The notes: generated from the sequence alone by a model not told the origin. Positions 24,173 through 38,671 are shown, counted from the first letter of the stretch. The stretch is DNA of 64,000 bases from Octopus bimaculoides (GCF_001194135.2 NC_068981.1:161314386-161378385), one strand, 5' to 3'. Made by a program: numbers and translations.

Positions 24173-25533
24173 AACTCAAACTATCAATGAAAGCAGATAT
24201 GGAATGATAATATTAGATGTGAAATGTAAGGATTTGAGGCATAAAAGAGAACAAAGCTTATGTCTAATATCACTTTATGTGGAATATCACATTACTTTGA
24301 AAATCTTAAGAAGTTAATTCATTCATATCATCATCATCATCATCATCACATAAAAATAAATAATTCAGAAATAGAGATAATGGATGTTTGTCTAAGTGAT
24401 AAAATCAAGCTTAAATCTAGATGTAAATCTAATTTAATCAGAATTTAATGCCAATATGGAATGATCTGATGAATTATGTAAGCTATAAATATGGATTGAT
24501 TTGTTTCTGTCGGTGCTATTTTTACTTGTTACTATTAGAGATTCCAGGTTTAGTCATGGAAGAAAATGAAAAACCTGTAATATTATATTAGCATCTCACC
24601 AAGTGTTCTGAATTTTAAAATAGTTTTCCTTTACCTGCCTTGCCAGACAACAGCGTTTTAGTCATTAATATAGTCATAAATGAATTTTCATGTGTTCAAA
24701 CAGCAGTTTTTAAGATAAAATTTGAAAATTTAAAAAAGTCAAAGAATCATTGGAATTGTCAATTTCCAAACATATTAAAATAAAAAAATTAAAAAATAAT
24801 TTTAAAAAAGGGATTATTTTATACTAAAAAGTGCAGAATTTATTGAAACTGTTTCGACGTGTTTTGGTTGGTGAAAATTATTAATTCTGAAGAAATTTTA
24901 CACATCCAAAATGGCTTACAAATGGCCAAAATTTGAGAATTCCAACAGGAATATAGTAATTAAAATTGTCAATTTTCAAATATGATGAAAGGTGAAAGTT
25001 ATCCATTCTAATAAGCACAAAATCTCTTAGGTCTATTTCAATATATTTTGGCAGGTGTAAATGACTAGGAGATAAACTATATGTTGTAATGATGCAAGTG
25101 TTGGCTATGAGATGAAAGATGAAATGTTTCACTAAACTCCCCCATTATGTCTGTGTTACCAAAAACACAGAATGTCCTGCTGAGTTATAAACTTTTCTTT
25201 TATTTTACATTAGCTATTTATTTATTTATTGCTGACAAATATTTGCAACACAATAAATTACTTTCTCTCAGTAAAGAAATATACATAAATAGTTCAAACT
25301 GTGTGTGTTTTATGTGTATGAGTGTGGGTTTACACACTCATGTAAGCACATTCTATTGCTACCAGTCTTCAGCTCAGTATTAGCTGAGGGCTTTTACCCC
25401 ATACTGCATGAAGTAATACATAGCTGTATTTATTAGAATCACTAAGACATGAGATGAATATCATAAAACACAAGTGTCCCAGTCAGAAAACAGAAACCAG
25501 AGTCCGAGGAAATTAGTGGCAGTCTTTATTTAA

Positions 25534-25752
25534 CTCTTTTGACATCAAGCTGTCTGAGACCAACTCTGGCTCTAGGACAAACTTCCTGTTTTAAAAGGAT
25601 CTAAATTAAAACCTTCCATCAAAACATGTCAAATGATGTATCAAAAATCAGCATAATAGTAACAAAATTACCTTATTAAATTCTTCATTATTTTCAAAAA
25701 ACTAATCGAGACAAAAGCAATATATTTCTACAGATGTATAATCATGAAAGGG
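25534..25752. mobile_element. Second piggyBac-like MITE family
   Basis: ttaa|ctcttttt ... gaaaggg|ttaa; related fragments at about 17430-17520 and 26050-26168. Confidence 0.6.
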
Positions 25753-26195
25753 TTAATAAAGTTTCGAAATTTGAATAAGTGGATTTGTCATAGACAGGCA
25801 AGAAGTTTAAAGTTTCAAGCAAAACCTCTTCATTGTAAAAAAAAATAAGTTTTTGATAGTGCTGAGAATATGTGTTTGAAGAAAGAGACAGGAAAGATAA
25901 AGAGTGAAAGAGATAACCAAGAGAAAAGGATGTTTATAGGAGGTCAGTGGCCAGGGTATCAAAATGAAATGTAGCTAGGGTGAGAGGAGGACAGTGACAA
26001 GTTATGAACAAACTAAATTGCATTGCGGTTGTGGGTGATGTACACAACTTTTCTCTCAATTAATCTTGAAAATAACGATAAACTTATTTTCATTTGGGTC
26101 ACTTTAAAAGTGGAAGTTTGTGTCACAAAACAGTGGTGTTTTCAGGTAGGTTGGTAACAAAAGAGTTAATGAATATGAGTGTTGTGAGTATATAA

Positions 26196-26416
26196 CACTT
26201 TAGCATTTAAACTGGCCATATCCAGCCAAAACATTCTACCAGTTTTATGTTCAAAATGGCCAGATCCAACCTCTTACACTCATGCTATATTGCCATTCTA
26301 AAAATAAACTATCATGCTATCGAAATTTTGATGGCTATAGGACAATGTATGATTAATTCAAAACAACGTGAATAAATAAGCATTGCATTTGACAGAATAA
26401 TCTGACTGCTAAAGAG
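26196..26416 (+). mobile_element. piggyBac-like MITE, decayed
   Basis: Homologous to 45560-45761 along its length. Confidence 0.7.
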
Positions 26417-27304
26417 ATTAACATGACAAGTTCTGATTCCTGTAATGTTAGCCATTTAACCACTCATGCCTGGAGAAAAGCATATTTATCACTCGATTCC
26501 ATTTTGTCTGTCTTTATTATCATGAACTATTGTGTGCATCAAACAAGAATTCAAGAATTCATTGCAAAGAAGGCAGTCAAGTGATGAGAAGTTGAGTGGA
26601 GAAAAACTCATGGAAAATTAAATTTGCAATCTGTTATCAATTTCTTGCAGAATCACTTCTGCTACTTTGATTATGCCCTTAGGAATATAATGAACATCAC
26701 AAATGCCATCTCTTTGCTTTTAAAAATACTAAATAGTGATGGTTTCCCAATATTTGCCTTTTTCCATTGAAGTTTGTATAATTGTATCATAAACATCCAG
26801 AGACCCTTGGAATTAAGCCTGCTTAGCTCTAGTTTGATGACATGAAGTGAAAACGCAACACAATCTCCAGTATGAAACCCCATTCTATTGCAGATAGTAT
26901 TCCAAATGATTAGGTGCTTATTTACAACCAACAGCAAGGTAAATTGAGGTTATGTCAAGTTCATTGTTCTGTCTGGAAAGACAGCAAAATGTCTGCAGTA
27001 AATTTGAATTCCCAAAATAAGGAGTTGAATGTTCAATACGCCATTTTTTCTCATCTACTTGATGATTATGGGGAAATTCATTGTGAGCTGCTTCAAAGCA
27101 CTATAGAGTGAGACAAGAAAATTAAGTGATATTATTGCAAGGATTTTGGCATGGCATGTTTAAGCATGCTCCAAATTCATTGGTAACACTGGGCCTCTTT
27201 TGACATATCCTCTTGAATTTGGTAGATGAGATCAGTGCAGAAGCTCATTGTATGATTGTATACATGGGTATCCGTGTGTATATATTTTCCATTGATGTAT
27301 TAAT

Positions 27305-27540
27305 ATATTTATTTCTTTATTGCCCACAGGGGGCTAAACATAGAGGGGACAAACAAGGACAGACAAAGGGATTAAGTCGATTACATTGACCCCAGTGCGT
27401 AACTGGTACTTATTTAATCGACCCTGAAAAGATGAAAGGCAAAGTCAACCTTGACGGAATTTGAACTCATAACATAATGGCAGACAAAATACTACTAAGC
27501 ATTTCGCCCGGCATGCTAACAATTCAGCCAGCTTGCCAAC
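27305..27540 (-). mobile_element. SINE family A, full length
   Basis: Reverse complement of 1537-1769, including the tttgtctgtccttgtttgtcccctct tail variant. Confidence 0.85.
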
Positions 27541-27574
27541 TTTAATGTATTAATATATTGGCAAAAACAAAAAA

Positions 27575-28190
27575 AAAAAAGACTTGTCTATGATCAAAAA
27601 TCTTAAAGGATGTTTGTTATGCATCAGGGGAGACAATGCCTGTGTCACTGTAAGCACTGCTGAAAACCTATAACCAACAGTACTATTGTTTACAAGATGC
27701 AATTTAAGATATATAAGTGAACTCAAATTGCAAGGTTTCAGTGATGTGACAAATGCAAATGAAATAATAATGACAATGAAAACAATATTATTGGCGATGT
27801 AAAAAGTCAACAAGCCTGTCATAGTTCTCAAGGACAGGAAGGATAAGAAGTGCATACTTACTGATAAAGCAATACCAACCGGAAGAAACTTAGAGAAACA
27901 GACCAAGTACAAAGACCTGGAGATTAAAATCAACAAGACATGGTGTATGAAGATCAAAATAATGCCAATGGTCATTAAAACTTTAAAACTGTAGGACATG
28001 AAGAAGAGAATAGAAAAGTTCACCAACCAGATCATGAACAACATCAATATCAATGCAACTCAGAAAATCATTCTACTGGGAACAGCTCACAGACAGTAGT
28101 GAGTGCTGTCAATTAAGTGATATCATCGCTGTAGCACAGTTAAGAGATATCTTCCTTAGAGCACCATGCTCTACAGAATGTAAAACAAGT
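27575..28190 (+). mobile_element. Decayed R4/Dong-like (R2-group) non-LTR retrotransposon 3' end with restriction-like endonuclease
   Basis: GCLLCIRETM (CCHC remnant) ... NKPVIVLKDRKDKKCILTDKAIPTGRN-LEKQTKYKDLEIKINKTW ... QKIILLGTAH...VLSIK* (stop 28118-28120). This resembles the PD..D...K.KY.DL RLE signature; it ends in (AAT)n. Confidence 0.75.
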
Positions 28191-28199
28191 ATAATAATC

Positions 28200-28540
28200 A
28201 TGATAATAATGGTTCTTTCTAATTTTGGTACAAGGCCTGCAGTTTTGAGTGGAGTTGAATACACTGTCACCAGCATTTGACTGGTACTTAATTTTACTGC
28301 CCTTGAAAGGATGAATGGTAAGGTCAGCCATGGCAGAGTTGATAGAAAATGCCACTAAGCATTTGTTTGATAAGCTAATGATCACTAACCTAATAATAAT
28401 AGTAATCTTTTCTACTATAGGCGCAAGGATTAAAATTGAGGGGTGGGAGAACTAGTTGATCACATTGACCCCAGTGTTCGACTGGTACTTAATTTATCAA
28501 CCTTGAAAGGATGAAAGACAAAGTCAACTTTTGGTGGAAT
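28200..28540 (-). mobile_element. Two head-to-tail decayed SINE family A copies
   Basis: Both carry actggtactta...ttgaaaggatgaa. Confidence 0.65.
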
Positions 28541-28579
28541 CCTAACAATAATAATAGGTCTTCACCATAATTCTGTCGG

Positions 28580-28890
28580 GCTCACAACCATGAGGTAGTG
28601 AGTTCGATTCCCGGACTGGGCTGTGTGCTATGTTCTTGAGCAAGACACTTCATTTCATGCTGCTCTAGTTCACTCAGCTGTAGAAATGAGTTGGACATCA
28701 CTGGTGCCAAGTTGTATCGGCTTTTACCTTTCACTTGGGATAACATTGTTGTCATGGAGATGGGAGGCTGGTATGCATGGGTGACTACTGGTCTTCCATA
28801 AACCACCTTGCCCAGACTTGTGCCTCAGAAGGGGAACTTCTAGGTGCAATCCCATGATCAATAATGACCAAAGGGGGCCTTTACCCTTTT
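28580..28890 (+). mobile_element. tRNA-derived SINE family D with CORE-like central block
   Basis: gagttcgattccc B box, then ttgagcaagacacttcattt...ttcactcagctgtagaaatgag. Related pieces at about 29500-29790 (-) and 52600-52890 (+). Confidence 0.6.
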
Positions 28891-29999
28891 TAATAATAAT
28901 AATAATAAAATAATATTATTTTTTTGTTAAGAGATACCATGGCTATGAAGTTAAAGTCATAGACTTAATAGGCTAACTTCAATGCAGCCAATAGGATGTA
29001 CACCAGAGAAAAGTTCATAATTTCTTTCCACAGGCTGCAGGGCTTATGACTGTCAAGAAATTTCACTCCTTCCAAGCTGGATGATTGTTAGGAAAGAATA
29101 CCATCCAGCTATGAATACAACTGATCCAAATAATATACAAATGTCATACCTACAACATCTCCTGAACTATCTAGCATGAAAACATGGCAGTAGCAGTAGT
29201 AGTAGTAGTAATAGTGGTGAATGTGATGGTAATCATTGTGGAAGACATAAGAGCTCCTGACTCCATCCCACACCATTGATAATGATGACAACAAAAAGAA
29301 CAAAAGTTGTTTTCAATTTGAGAATTAGGACAAGCAATAGATAAAAAGCAGATTTACAAAAAAAAAAAATTCCTTTCTTGTTCCTCCTCATTTTCACAAA
29401 TCAGAACTTTTCCTTTGCTTGTTGTTTAAGCCCAATTTTTTTTTTTTGGCTGAGAAGACCCTTGATCAAAGACTTTTCAGCTTGTACTAATTCACTTTTT
29501 GCATCTGTCTAAATTATCTTAGGTCTGCCATGAGCCCCAGGACCCGTATGGCCAGAGCTTAAACTAGCTTCCTTGGTTACAAGTGACTGAGAATACAACA
29601 TTCCACATTCCTGAATGGGATGCTGGCCTATTGCAAAATTAACTGCCCAGCTATTGTGAGAACTCATTTACAGTTGAGTGGGCTGGAGTAACATGAAATG
29701 GTTTGCTCAAGAACACAACACACCAACCGATGTTGAATTGAAACTACAATCCTAAGTTCAACAGTGCAACATTTTAATCATTAGACCAAATGCCTTCAAT
29801 TTAAATTATATACAGCATATTTTACCAAGACAGTATATATAGTTTAAGGGAAACCTAGCAGCTATTTCTCAAAGGTTCAGTAATCATACTGATGTACAGG
29901 GACTCGTTCATTGATTTGACTCCTAAAAGGATGATAAAACACTTAAGTGTACTATGGCCAATTCCACTTTAGCAAAGAAATATGTTTATATGAGAAAGG

Positions 30000-30390
30000 T
30001 GCAGATAGGACTATGTGACCAAGAAACTTGTTTTGCAAACATGTGGTTTCAGGTTCAGTCCCACTGTGTGGCGCCTTGGGCAAGTGTCTTCTACTATAGC
30101 CCTGGGTTGAAAAAAACCTTGTGAGTGAATTTGGTTGACAGGGACTGTGTGAAAGCCAGTCTCACACACAAACATATGTCTTTTGTGCTTGTCTCCAACA
30201 GCTGCTTGACAACTGGTGTTGCTTGTTTATAGTTTATATCACTGTAACTTAGCAGTTCAGCAAAAGAAACTAATAGAGTAAGTTCCATACTGAAGACAAG
30301 AAAGAAAGAACTAGAGTCAATTTGTTTGACTAAAACCCTGCAAGGTGGTGCTCCAGCATGGCCACAGTCCAATGACTAAAACACAAAAGT
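30000..30390 (+). mobile_element. SINE family B, full length, decayed
   Basis: gtgcagatagg...ggttcagtcccactgtgtggcgccttgggcaagtgtcttctactatagc...atgactaaaacac. Confidence 0.8.
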
Positions 30391-30839
30391 GGAAGATTAA
30401 AAGACTGGTTTACCATTTGGAAATAATTTCAACGTTACTGACAGGCTGCATGCATACTTAGCTGCTGCTATAATGGCAGATGATCAAGAATAACAGCTCA
30501 CAAAACTGGTTAAAGAACATGATTTCATTTTAAGGCCAATGACCCTAACAAATATTTATATATACATCAAGGTCAAAAACAGGAAGACAGATAACAAAAA
30601 CAACAATTGCTCTCCAGCTTTGTTATTCATAATGTTTCTGCTTTGCATGTTATTGTTTTTGTCTTTAAATTATATTTAAGCTTAGTATGGTTGGAATCTG
30701 TAAATTACTCGATGTTTACAATGCTTTTCAAATAATAGGAAATAAAAGTAAAATTTGGTCATGGGTGAAAAAAAAAAAAGGAAACAGAAAAAGTCACACT
30801 TCTGATATAGGCAAAAACAGAAGAGAATAGGATATTTGT

Positions 30840-31235
30840 AGTGGTGCTGGTGTGGGTGTGTGTTTGAGAAGCTTGCTTCCCTACCATGTAGTCTTGGGAT
30901 CAGTCCTATTGCATGGCACCTCGAGCAGGTGTCTTCTATGGGCTGACCAAAGCCTTGTGAATGGATTTGGCAGATAGAAACAGAAAGAAGCATGTGTGTG
31001 CGTGTGTGTGTTTGTGTGTACTCTTGCTTTGACAGTGCATGATGGTTGCAAATGAGTATAATCATCATACAAGCAAGGTTGTTTGTTTCCAGTCTTCTAT
31101 GAAAAACATGCCATGCTATGGGAAAATATTACTTTACTTGGAAACAGGTGAGGGAAAGTGACAGGAAGGGCATCTGACCATAGAATAATCTGCCTCAACA
31201 AATTCAATCAGACCCATGGAAGTGGATGTTAAATA
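30840..31235 (+). mobile_element. SINE family B 5' half joined to an RTE-like tail
   Basis: Family B head, then gatggttgcaaatgag...gtggatgttaaataataatg. Confidence 0.55.
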
Positions 31236-32849
31236 ATAATGATAATATATAATAGATATGCTAGAACAGAATACTGGTAGTAGTATGAGGTACCTAGATG
31301 TACCTCAATAGTCAATGGACTACATCTCACCACATTCTTATGAAACTACTCAATCCTTCCCACCACACTAGATCCACTGTCTAGCTATCTTCTCATAGGC
31401 TTATCTTCTTGTACCTTGACAGTTTACTCCTGCACACTGTCTTTATCTTCTTCCTAGCTATTCTCACTCACCTTTATATAATACAGGGTAGCCATGAGGC
31501 TTCTCTATAGCAAAACACCAGGGCTTGTCCCTCTTATGGGACCTTAGCCTCTCAATACCAGGCTTTTTGTTGTTCTTTTCTTGTGTGGCAAGTTACTCAG
31601 CATGCTGGTGTTAAGGTGGTCATGCAGCCACAACAATGAGGCCTAAGCCGACATTGGAGCTTCATACAGCCCTGCAGTTTGCTAGATCTTGTCAAATCAT
31701 CCAACTCTTACCAGTATGAAAAACAGATGTTGAATGATGATGATAGTATGGTTAACATACAAGGGATAACAAGAAAACCACAAGATAAAGATGATTAATT
31801 AAATTACAATAGGCATCACTGGATTCTGGTAACGAACAGATGCATTGCCAAAAGCATTCTTTGACCATCCTTTTTTTTGAAGGTACAATATATCTAGACC
31901 TTCATTATTCCTTTTTATTTTAGAATGGTAGAGTATGAGAAGAGAGAGATTTAATTTTTTTTTCAGCAAATGGAATAACAGAGATTGGTTCATTCTAGTT
32001 ATCTGTTTGTTCAAGAGACATATTATGCTGTAATATATAATGTAAACAATTCATAAAACTCATGTGTCTTTTTTTTAAGATCCAGGGTTTAGTTCAGGTT
32101 TAATAATATAATTGATGATTTCATAATAGAATAAATAATGCAACAATATAATCTCACTTGTCATACCAGCAGATTGCAGTACATCAATTTTTACTAAAGA
32201 AACAAAGACAAATAGCAGCTTACATTAAGTTATCCAAATTTACTATGAAAACCTGACTAGACTCAGAACAATGCTAAAATGAATATTAACTATGGGAGGT
32301 TTCAAGCCGACACACATTGGGTATATCACTAGGATGAAAAAAACCTGTAACTAAAACAAAACTGTTGTCATTCAAAGAAGCAGAACTGAACAAAGCTGAT
32401 GTTACAATATGACTTGCCTTTTCCCACCCCTCCAGATATAGTATATCCAGGACAACATTATCCAAAGACTTCTGATTTTTTTTTTTTTTTTCAAAAAGTA
32501 AGTTGTAATTTGAAGCTGCTTTTTATTTAGCAGTTTGAATGATCATCCAGAGGTCTCTTTAGTGACCTCATAACATGGTCCAGTTACTGAAGATTATGCT
32601 TCTGAAATGAGTGATGTGTTGTTGAAAAGGAAGGAAAAAGAAAAATGATTGGTGTATAAATAAGGATGGTTATTATCACTTGGCCACTGATCAGCCTTAA
32701 TCCAACAGACCACCAACCATGAACATCCTGTTTATTCTTTTAGGCATTTGTAGAACTCCATTAGCTTTCCTTACCATTGCTATTTTATATTTACAGTTCT
32801 AAGGATAAATAATTAAGCAATATGTTTATTGTGGTATTTGGAGAGTGAT

Positions 32850-34260
32850 TAGAAGAGGTGAGATGAATGTTGTGACTGGACTAGGAAGAAAGTATTAACT
32901 TGCCTGTTGGAGGAGCAGAGGCCATTAACTATATATTGAAAAAATATTAAAAGATTGTATAATATATATATAACATAAAAATTAATTGCTTATTCTTCTA
33001 CAGGGCATATAGGTGTTATGTGAGCAGGGTTAGCAAGAGGATTTATTTAGGGATGAAAGGGAGCTACATTGATAAGAGTGTTTTGTGAATTATGTTCAGT
33101 GTGATTGCTTTGTGTTGGAAATTTAATTTATGAAAAAAATTAATACATGAAAGTTACTCTTATGTGGAAGGATAATTAATTATAATCCTACAATGAGTCT
33201 GTTAATGCTTCTATTGTATATTTGTAATATGGGGACTCCCATATTACAAATTTTTGTCTATAATAGATAGCCAAATATAGGCATCTAAGATGCTTTTACT
33301 TGTAGCAGCAGCAATACTCTAATATATGCTGCACTTGAAATTTTTAAAAGGACAACTCATCAGATTTGTATTTTCTACCTTTGTAGAGAAAGTCTAGCAT
33401 TTCTGATGTAGTTTCTGTAATATAATGAGATATTGCTAATAGAGATAACAGCTATCTCACATAACATTTGTAGTGATGTGGATAAGGATTTAACTGTGTT
33501 TTGTTCATGAGTAAGGAGGAGAGTATTGTGGGAAATAATTTCCTTGGTGTGTCTAGCAACTGTGTCTTTGCGCTGTTGAAAAGAAAGTAGGTTGTCATGT
33601 CCCTTTCAAAGTGTATTTTTATTACCCACTTTCTTGGAAGCAGAGCAAGTAAGTCATAAAATATATAAGTTGCATGTGCTTGATACTTGTGTGCAGAAGG
33701 TTAAATAGGAATGGAAAATAATTATTAAATAAATTGTTAGAAATGTAAAGAAGGAAGAGTGTTACAGGTATACCAAAGTTTAGGGAATAACCAGAGTTTA
33801 CCTGTCAAAGAAGAAAATTATGATCCAAGAGTTGAGAAATAGTTATAAAGTAACACTGGTGGGCAACAAAAATACGTTTGTTAGAGTCCTGAAAGGTGAC
33901 ATAGGAAAGCAAAGATTCTGGTAGACCTAGCTCTATGAAAAACAGACTGGTGGTGACTGAGACTCCAGATGATAAAAGAGATTATGACCAAATCTATCAC
34001 CTTTGGGATGTTAGAAATGAGGGTGACAAAGTGTAGCTGTTAAGGCCGGAAAGATTGTCAGGAATAAGACACACCATCATTCTTTTTCATAGAATGTTTA
34101 AGATCCTTGTAGTGAAAGATTGTTGGGTTATGATTTGGTCTGGCCAGAAGCACAGCAATCACGGCTTTTGCATCAAACACAAAACCACCACATGTTCATC
34201 GTTCAAGGATGAAAGACATTTTAGTTCATAAGATGTTGAAACCAGCAACAACACAATCTC
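32850..34260 (-). mobile_element. Heavily decayed CR1/L2-like LINE reverse transcriptase
   Basis: Fragmentary minus-strand motifs: TLISNIPKVID, HHQSVFHRARST (cf. DHQYGFR..RST), FDR, FNSAKTQ (cf. FNASKTQ). Many stops and frameshifts. Confidence 0.45.
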
Positions 34261-36348
34261 AAAAATGTAATAGAAATAACAGAAAAGCAATGCTTGCCAA
34301 AGAATTAAAGTTAAATAGAAAAATGTTTAATTAATATTAATGATCTTAACTATATCATGTGTCTATTTCATTTGATACATGTTAAATTTGCTAATTCTTA
34401 ATTCTATCCTAGTAAGTTTCATCTCATCTAAAGTCAATTTATGCTAATTACTTGCTCTTACTCAACTATCTAATTACTCGACCTCATTTACAATTTTCTC
34501 TCACATCATACAAACTTAACAATGTCTGTGAATTTCTTAATTGAAGAAATAAATCCTGTTAATTTACAAACAATTGTTTTCTCAAGTTATTTACTGTAAA
34601 ACATCTACAATAGGTGAAAGGAGTAGAGTCAGTATCCATGGCCTTTGTAGCTTCAGCTACAGATGTATTTTCTTGTAAGTGAGGCACACACAATACCGTG
34701 AATTTATAGGTGAGGAGAAATACTACATGATGTCTAAGCCTTTCTCAATTACATCAACAATATTAACATTCACTATTATTATGTAAAGAAATAGATAAAC
34801 CATGAAACAAAGGTAGAAAACCACGTGTATTGTTTAACTCTAAGTCTGCTCTGATCAAACAGACCTGTGCTCAAAAGTATGGCAATCATGATCATCCTAC
34901 TTTCTTTTTTCATACATTATGTAACTAGAATTATATCACCCAGAATACCTGAGCCTTTCTAGCAAATCAAGCAACCACCGAGAGGCTCCTTTGAAAAGGT
35001 ACATATTTATAGAGTAAAACGGAGAGAACTTAGTTTGCGTAACACTCGTATCCTTTCCAAGAACATTAAAAACAACAAAAGTGAACTGCATTGGCTTGAG
35101 CTGAGAACTGAAATCAGCTCATGAATTTCGTTAGCTGGAAGTTTACCACTTGCTCTATGGTACTATGACTAGGATGTTTTGTGGAGAATACAGGAGGAGA
35201 GAGAGCAAAGTTAAAAGTAAGATCACAAGATTATCACAAGATTCCATCTATATTTTATATCACATATTTCATTATTTGCAACAATTTATCTTTTTCAACT
35301 CCAGGCTGGAAGTTTTAGGTTAATAGATAAAAGGAATGCCAATTCAGGAGGGAAAGTAAATAATTCCACACACTAAAAGATTAATAGGCTAAATACAATC
35401 TCAGACTGCTTGGCCACACTCACAAACACACATATGATGTATGTATGTATGAGTAATAATAGTTGTAGAGACAAATTATGTCTGCGAATCTGCCAAAAAA
35501 GCATGGTAGAAGAAATATATGTTTTCATGGTCACAGGGCTAGCTTCACACAGTGTAATAACCAAAACAGTATAAGGTTTTCTCTAGAAAATGAAGATAAC
35601 AAAGAACTAGTTCTTCCTGTTCCTTTCCGATGATGAAATATGATGGAAGAAAGATATTGGCTAAATTTGTCTAAGTTGTTATATGAGATTATAATTTTTC
35701 AGATTTTATAATAATGCTTGACTTTGACCAAAGATCTTCAGTTCATTGCCATGTCAAGAAGGTTGGATTCCTCTTTGTTCATCAAGTTCTTATACTTAAG
35801 AATATTTTGTGTCTCTACAAGGCTTCTCTTCAACACTGCCATCATCATCTTTAAGCTATTGCCACTTGTGAGTGTCTTAACTTACTTGATCGAATTTAGA
35901 ATCAAATTGTTAACATGGTGAGTTTTCTTCTTTCTACTTGGTTGGAGCCTTTAGTTAATCCTCAAAATGCATTTGTGTCTTTTCTGAAAATATTTCCATA
36001 GTCATTGTTCTGATGAACTTTCAGGTTTATGATATTCAGTCCTTTAAGATATCAGTCAATTAACATCTTTTGAATTTGTAAGCTCATTCTTTTTCTTCTT
36101 TGTAGTCCCTTATGCTACAGTAGTCTCATGCCTTGTTCAGGACAAAATTGTATCATTAGAATTAAAAGACTTTTTTTTTCAATAATTACATCAAAACTAT
36201 GTTTAAATCAGTTTGGTTAATCTAATCATCAACAGGTATAAGATGTCTGTTGATGATAGATCAAACTGATCTATCAGGTAGCAGACTAGATTAGAACTAG
36301 GAACCATTATTTCTAAACTAAGTATAACAATGTTTTAATACACTAGGT

Positions 36349-36564
36349 CAATGGTTCCCAAACTTCTTTTGTTGCAGAACACATAATTTTCTAAAAAGCA
36401 CAGAACTCCTACTTACATTATATACACAATCCCTGCCATCCTAATATCAATAAAATATTAAATGGAACAAAAATTATTTTAGAGAAAGTATTTATATAAA
36501 AAAATACATTGATAACTTGACGGAACCCAAAATTCTTTATTAGACTCCACTTTTAGAAACACTG
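36349..36564. mobile_element. hAT-type MITE
   Basis: Ends caatggttcccaaac / ttttagaaacactg; 8-bp TSD cactaggt / tactaggt. Confidence 0.75.
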
Positions 36565-38551
36565 TACTAGGTCACTGACACAGGCATTATTACCCATTGT
36601 TGAGAAATAAAGATTCTAAATTTGAATTTAGTCAAGAACTAGGAATAAAACACCTGATGACAATGGGTGATCAAACCTTTGAAACATGGTGAGTGTGTAA
36701 ATATTAGAAAGAAAAAAAGAATTCCATTTCTTAAAAAGGAGTCATTCTTAAAAATCATAACCTTCCTTTATTTAGAAATATTTATTAAAAAGAACTTGTC
36801 TCTAAATATATTAAATACCTATATCTTGCTGCTTTACATTCATAGCTATAGATAGGGAGGAGAATGCCTTATTTTTTGTTAGTTTTTCTATCACTAACTA
36901 AAATCACAGAGCTAGATAGGTTCTTGTTTTTGTGCCAGTAATGAGATATGATGGTGAAACCCCAGCATGGTTGTATTTCCAGTAACCAGAAGAAGTAAAA
37001 GAATAAAAGAAAATGAAGTCAAAAAGACAAATTCTCTATCCCCTTGGCCATGTGCAACTCCACAAAAGATTTGTATGTTGAACAGAAAATTAGGCAGTTT
37101 AAATATAGCAGTCAAATGGTCCCCTTCCCCCAACAAATATTGAATGTTCTATTTTTTACCAGAGTAACTATTTTTACAGTTAGATGTCCTTATTATTAAG
37201 CACTCAACTGGAAATTGGAAATGTAGTTACATTTCTAGATCTATGTCCTGAATATTTGAATATAATACATGTCATACTTGCAAACAGTTGTATAATCTGA
37301 TATTGTTTGGATCTCTAATTTTAAAACAATCTTTTTTATACTATAATCCATAACAAATGTTAACTGTTTTCTAAATTATTTATCACAGTTTTGAGTACAT
37401 TATACTTATTATCTCTCTCTTTCTCTTTTTTTTTTTTTATTAATCCCTTTTATTTTCTAATGTTAATCCTTGAAGACAGCTTTCAGGAACAATAGTGGTT
37501 TATTCACATAGAAGGCTGTAAATTTTTCTCATATGGAAGTTGGATAAGCTGAAAAAAAAGTTGTTTTACAGTTCACGGTTAGTAGCATGGGTTGCTGTGT
37601 ATGAAAATAAAAATCCAGATTTAAGGAATGGAGAAGATAAAATCCAGGTTACTTTTGTAGAGCATAATAAGCCATTATTGGACAATGGTTAAGCTGCTTG
37701 AAACTTCAAAGTCACTGTCAATAGTATTCTTGTTAATGAATATGTAGTAATATGTAAAGGTGTATATATACATACATACATGTATATAGGATGGTAGAAT
37801 TGATTGCATAAAAATTCTTTATGGGATTTGGTTCTATATGAGTGAGGTATCTATGTCTAGGTCAACTTTGCATTTTGTACTTTTCATAAGGAACTTATTT
37901 ATTCACCTAATGGCGGATAAAATAAATGTCAAGGAAAGTATAAGACTAAAACCATTCAAAGACAGTGTCTCTGTATAGTCAAATTTCAAAAGAGTGAAAC
38001 CAGTAATAAAAAGCATCTATGTATGTGTATATATATATATATATATATTCTGTGGTATCTAAGCATCAGTAAAGAAGATGGAGGGATGGTGAATATGTAT
38101 GTATATATCTAGAGTAAAAGTGTCGCTTACAATGAATTGCTATCACCTCACTGATTCACATAAACACAGAGACACAGTTTGTTTGCTAGATAACATTTAG
38201 CCATTAATCTATAAAGTTAAATTATAACAAAAATAGGTGATTATATTGCTAATATACCTAATAATAAAAAGAAGTAATTAAAAAACAAAAATGAAGCAGC
38301 TACTGATGATTTATATACATTTAGATATTGATCTTGCAATTTTTCTACAGGCTGTTGCAAGATGGTGAATAATGATAGCGTATTGATTATTCAATCAAGA
38401 ATGTATACAAATTACCGTTTTAAAAATACTACAAATGGGATTTTTTCTCCCCCTTTCTGAAAGGTAAAAAAAACAAAGTAAATATAGATAATAAAAAAAT
38501 GAACTATCAACCATCTAGTAGCTTGCAGTAGTGCCAGTCACCCTGATTGAG

Positions 38552-38582
<31 letters not shown>

Positions 38583-38620
38583 GAGAGAGCAAAATAGCTA
38601 GCGAAAAAGATATATTTTAC

Positions 38621-38671
38621 CTGCAGTTTGGAGGTGGGTCCACAGTGATTTCTGCTAACTCTCTCTGGAGT
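38621..38671 (-). CDS. UBE2E: UBE2E-family ubiquitin-conjugating enzyme, internal coding exon (51 nt)
   Basis: Minus strand reads ctttctatttctgttacag|A CTC CAG AGA GAG TTA GCA GAA ATC ACT GTG GAC CCA CCT CCA AAC TGC AG|gtaaaa = (R)LQRELAEITVDPPPNC(S), matching UBE2E IQKELAEITLDPPPNCS. Phase 2 at both ends, and it joins the next exon to make AG+T = Ser. Not in the ORF track. Confidence 0.92.
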
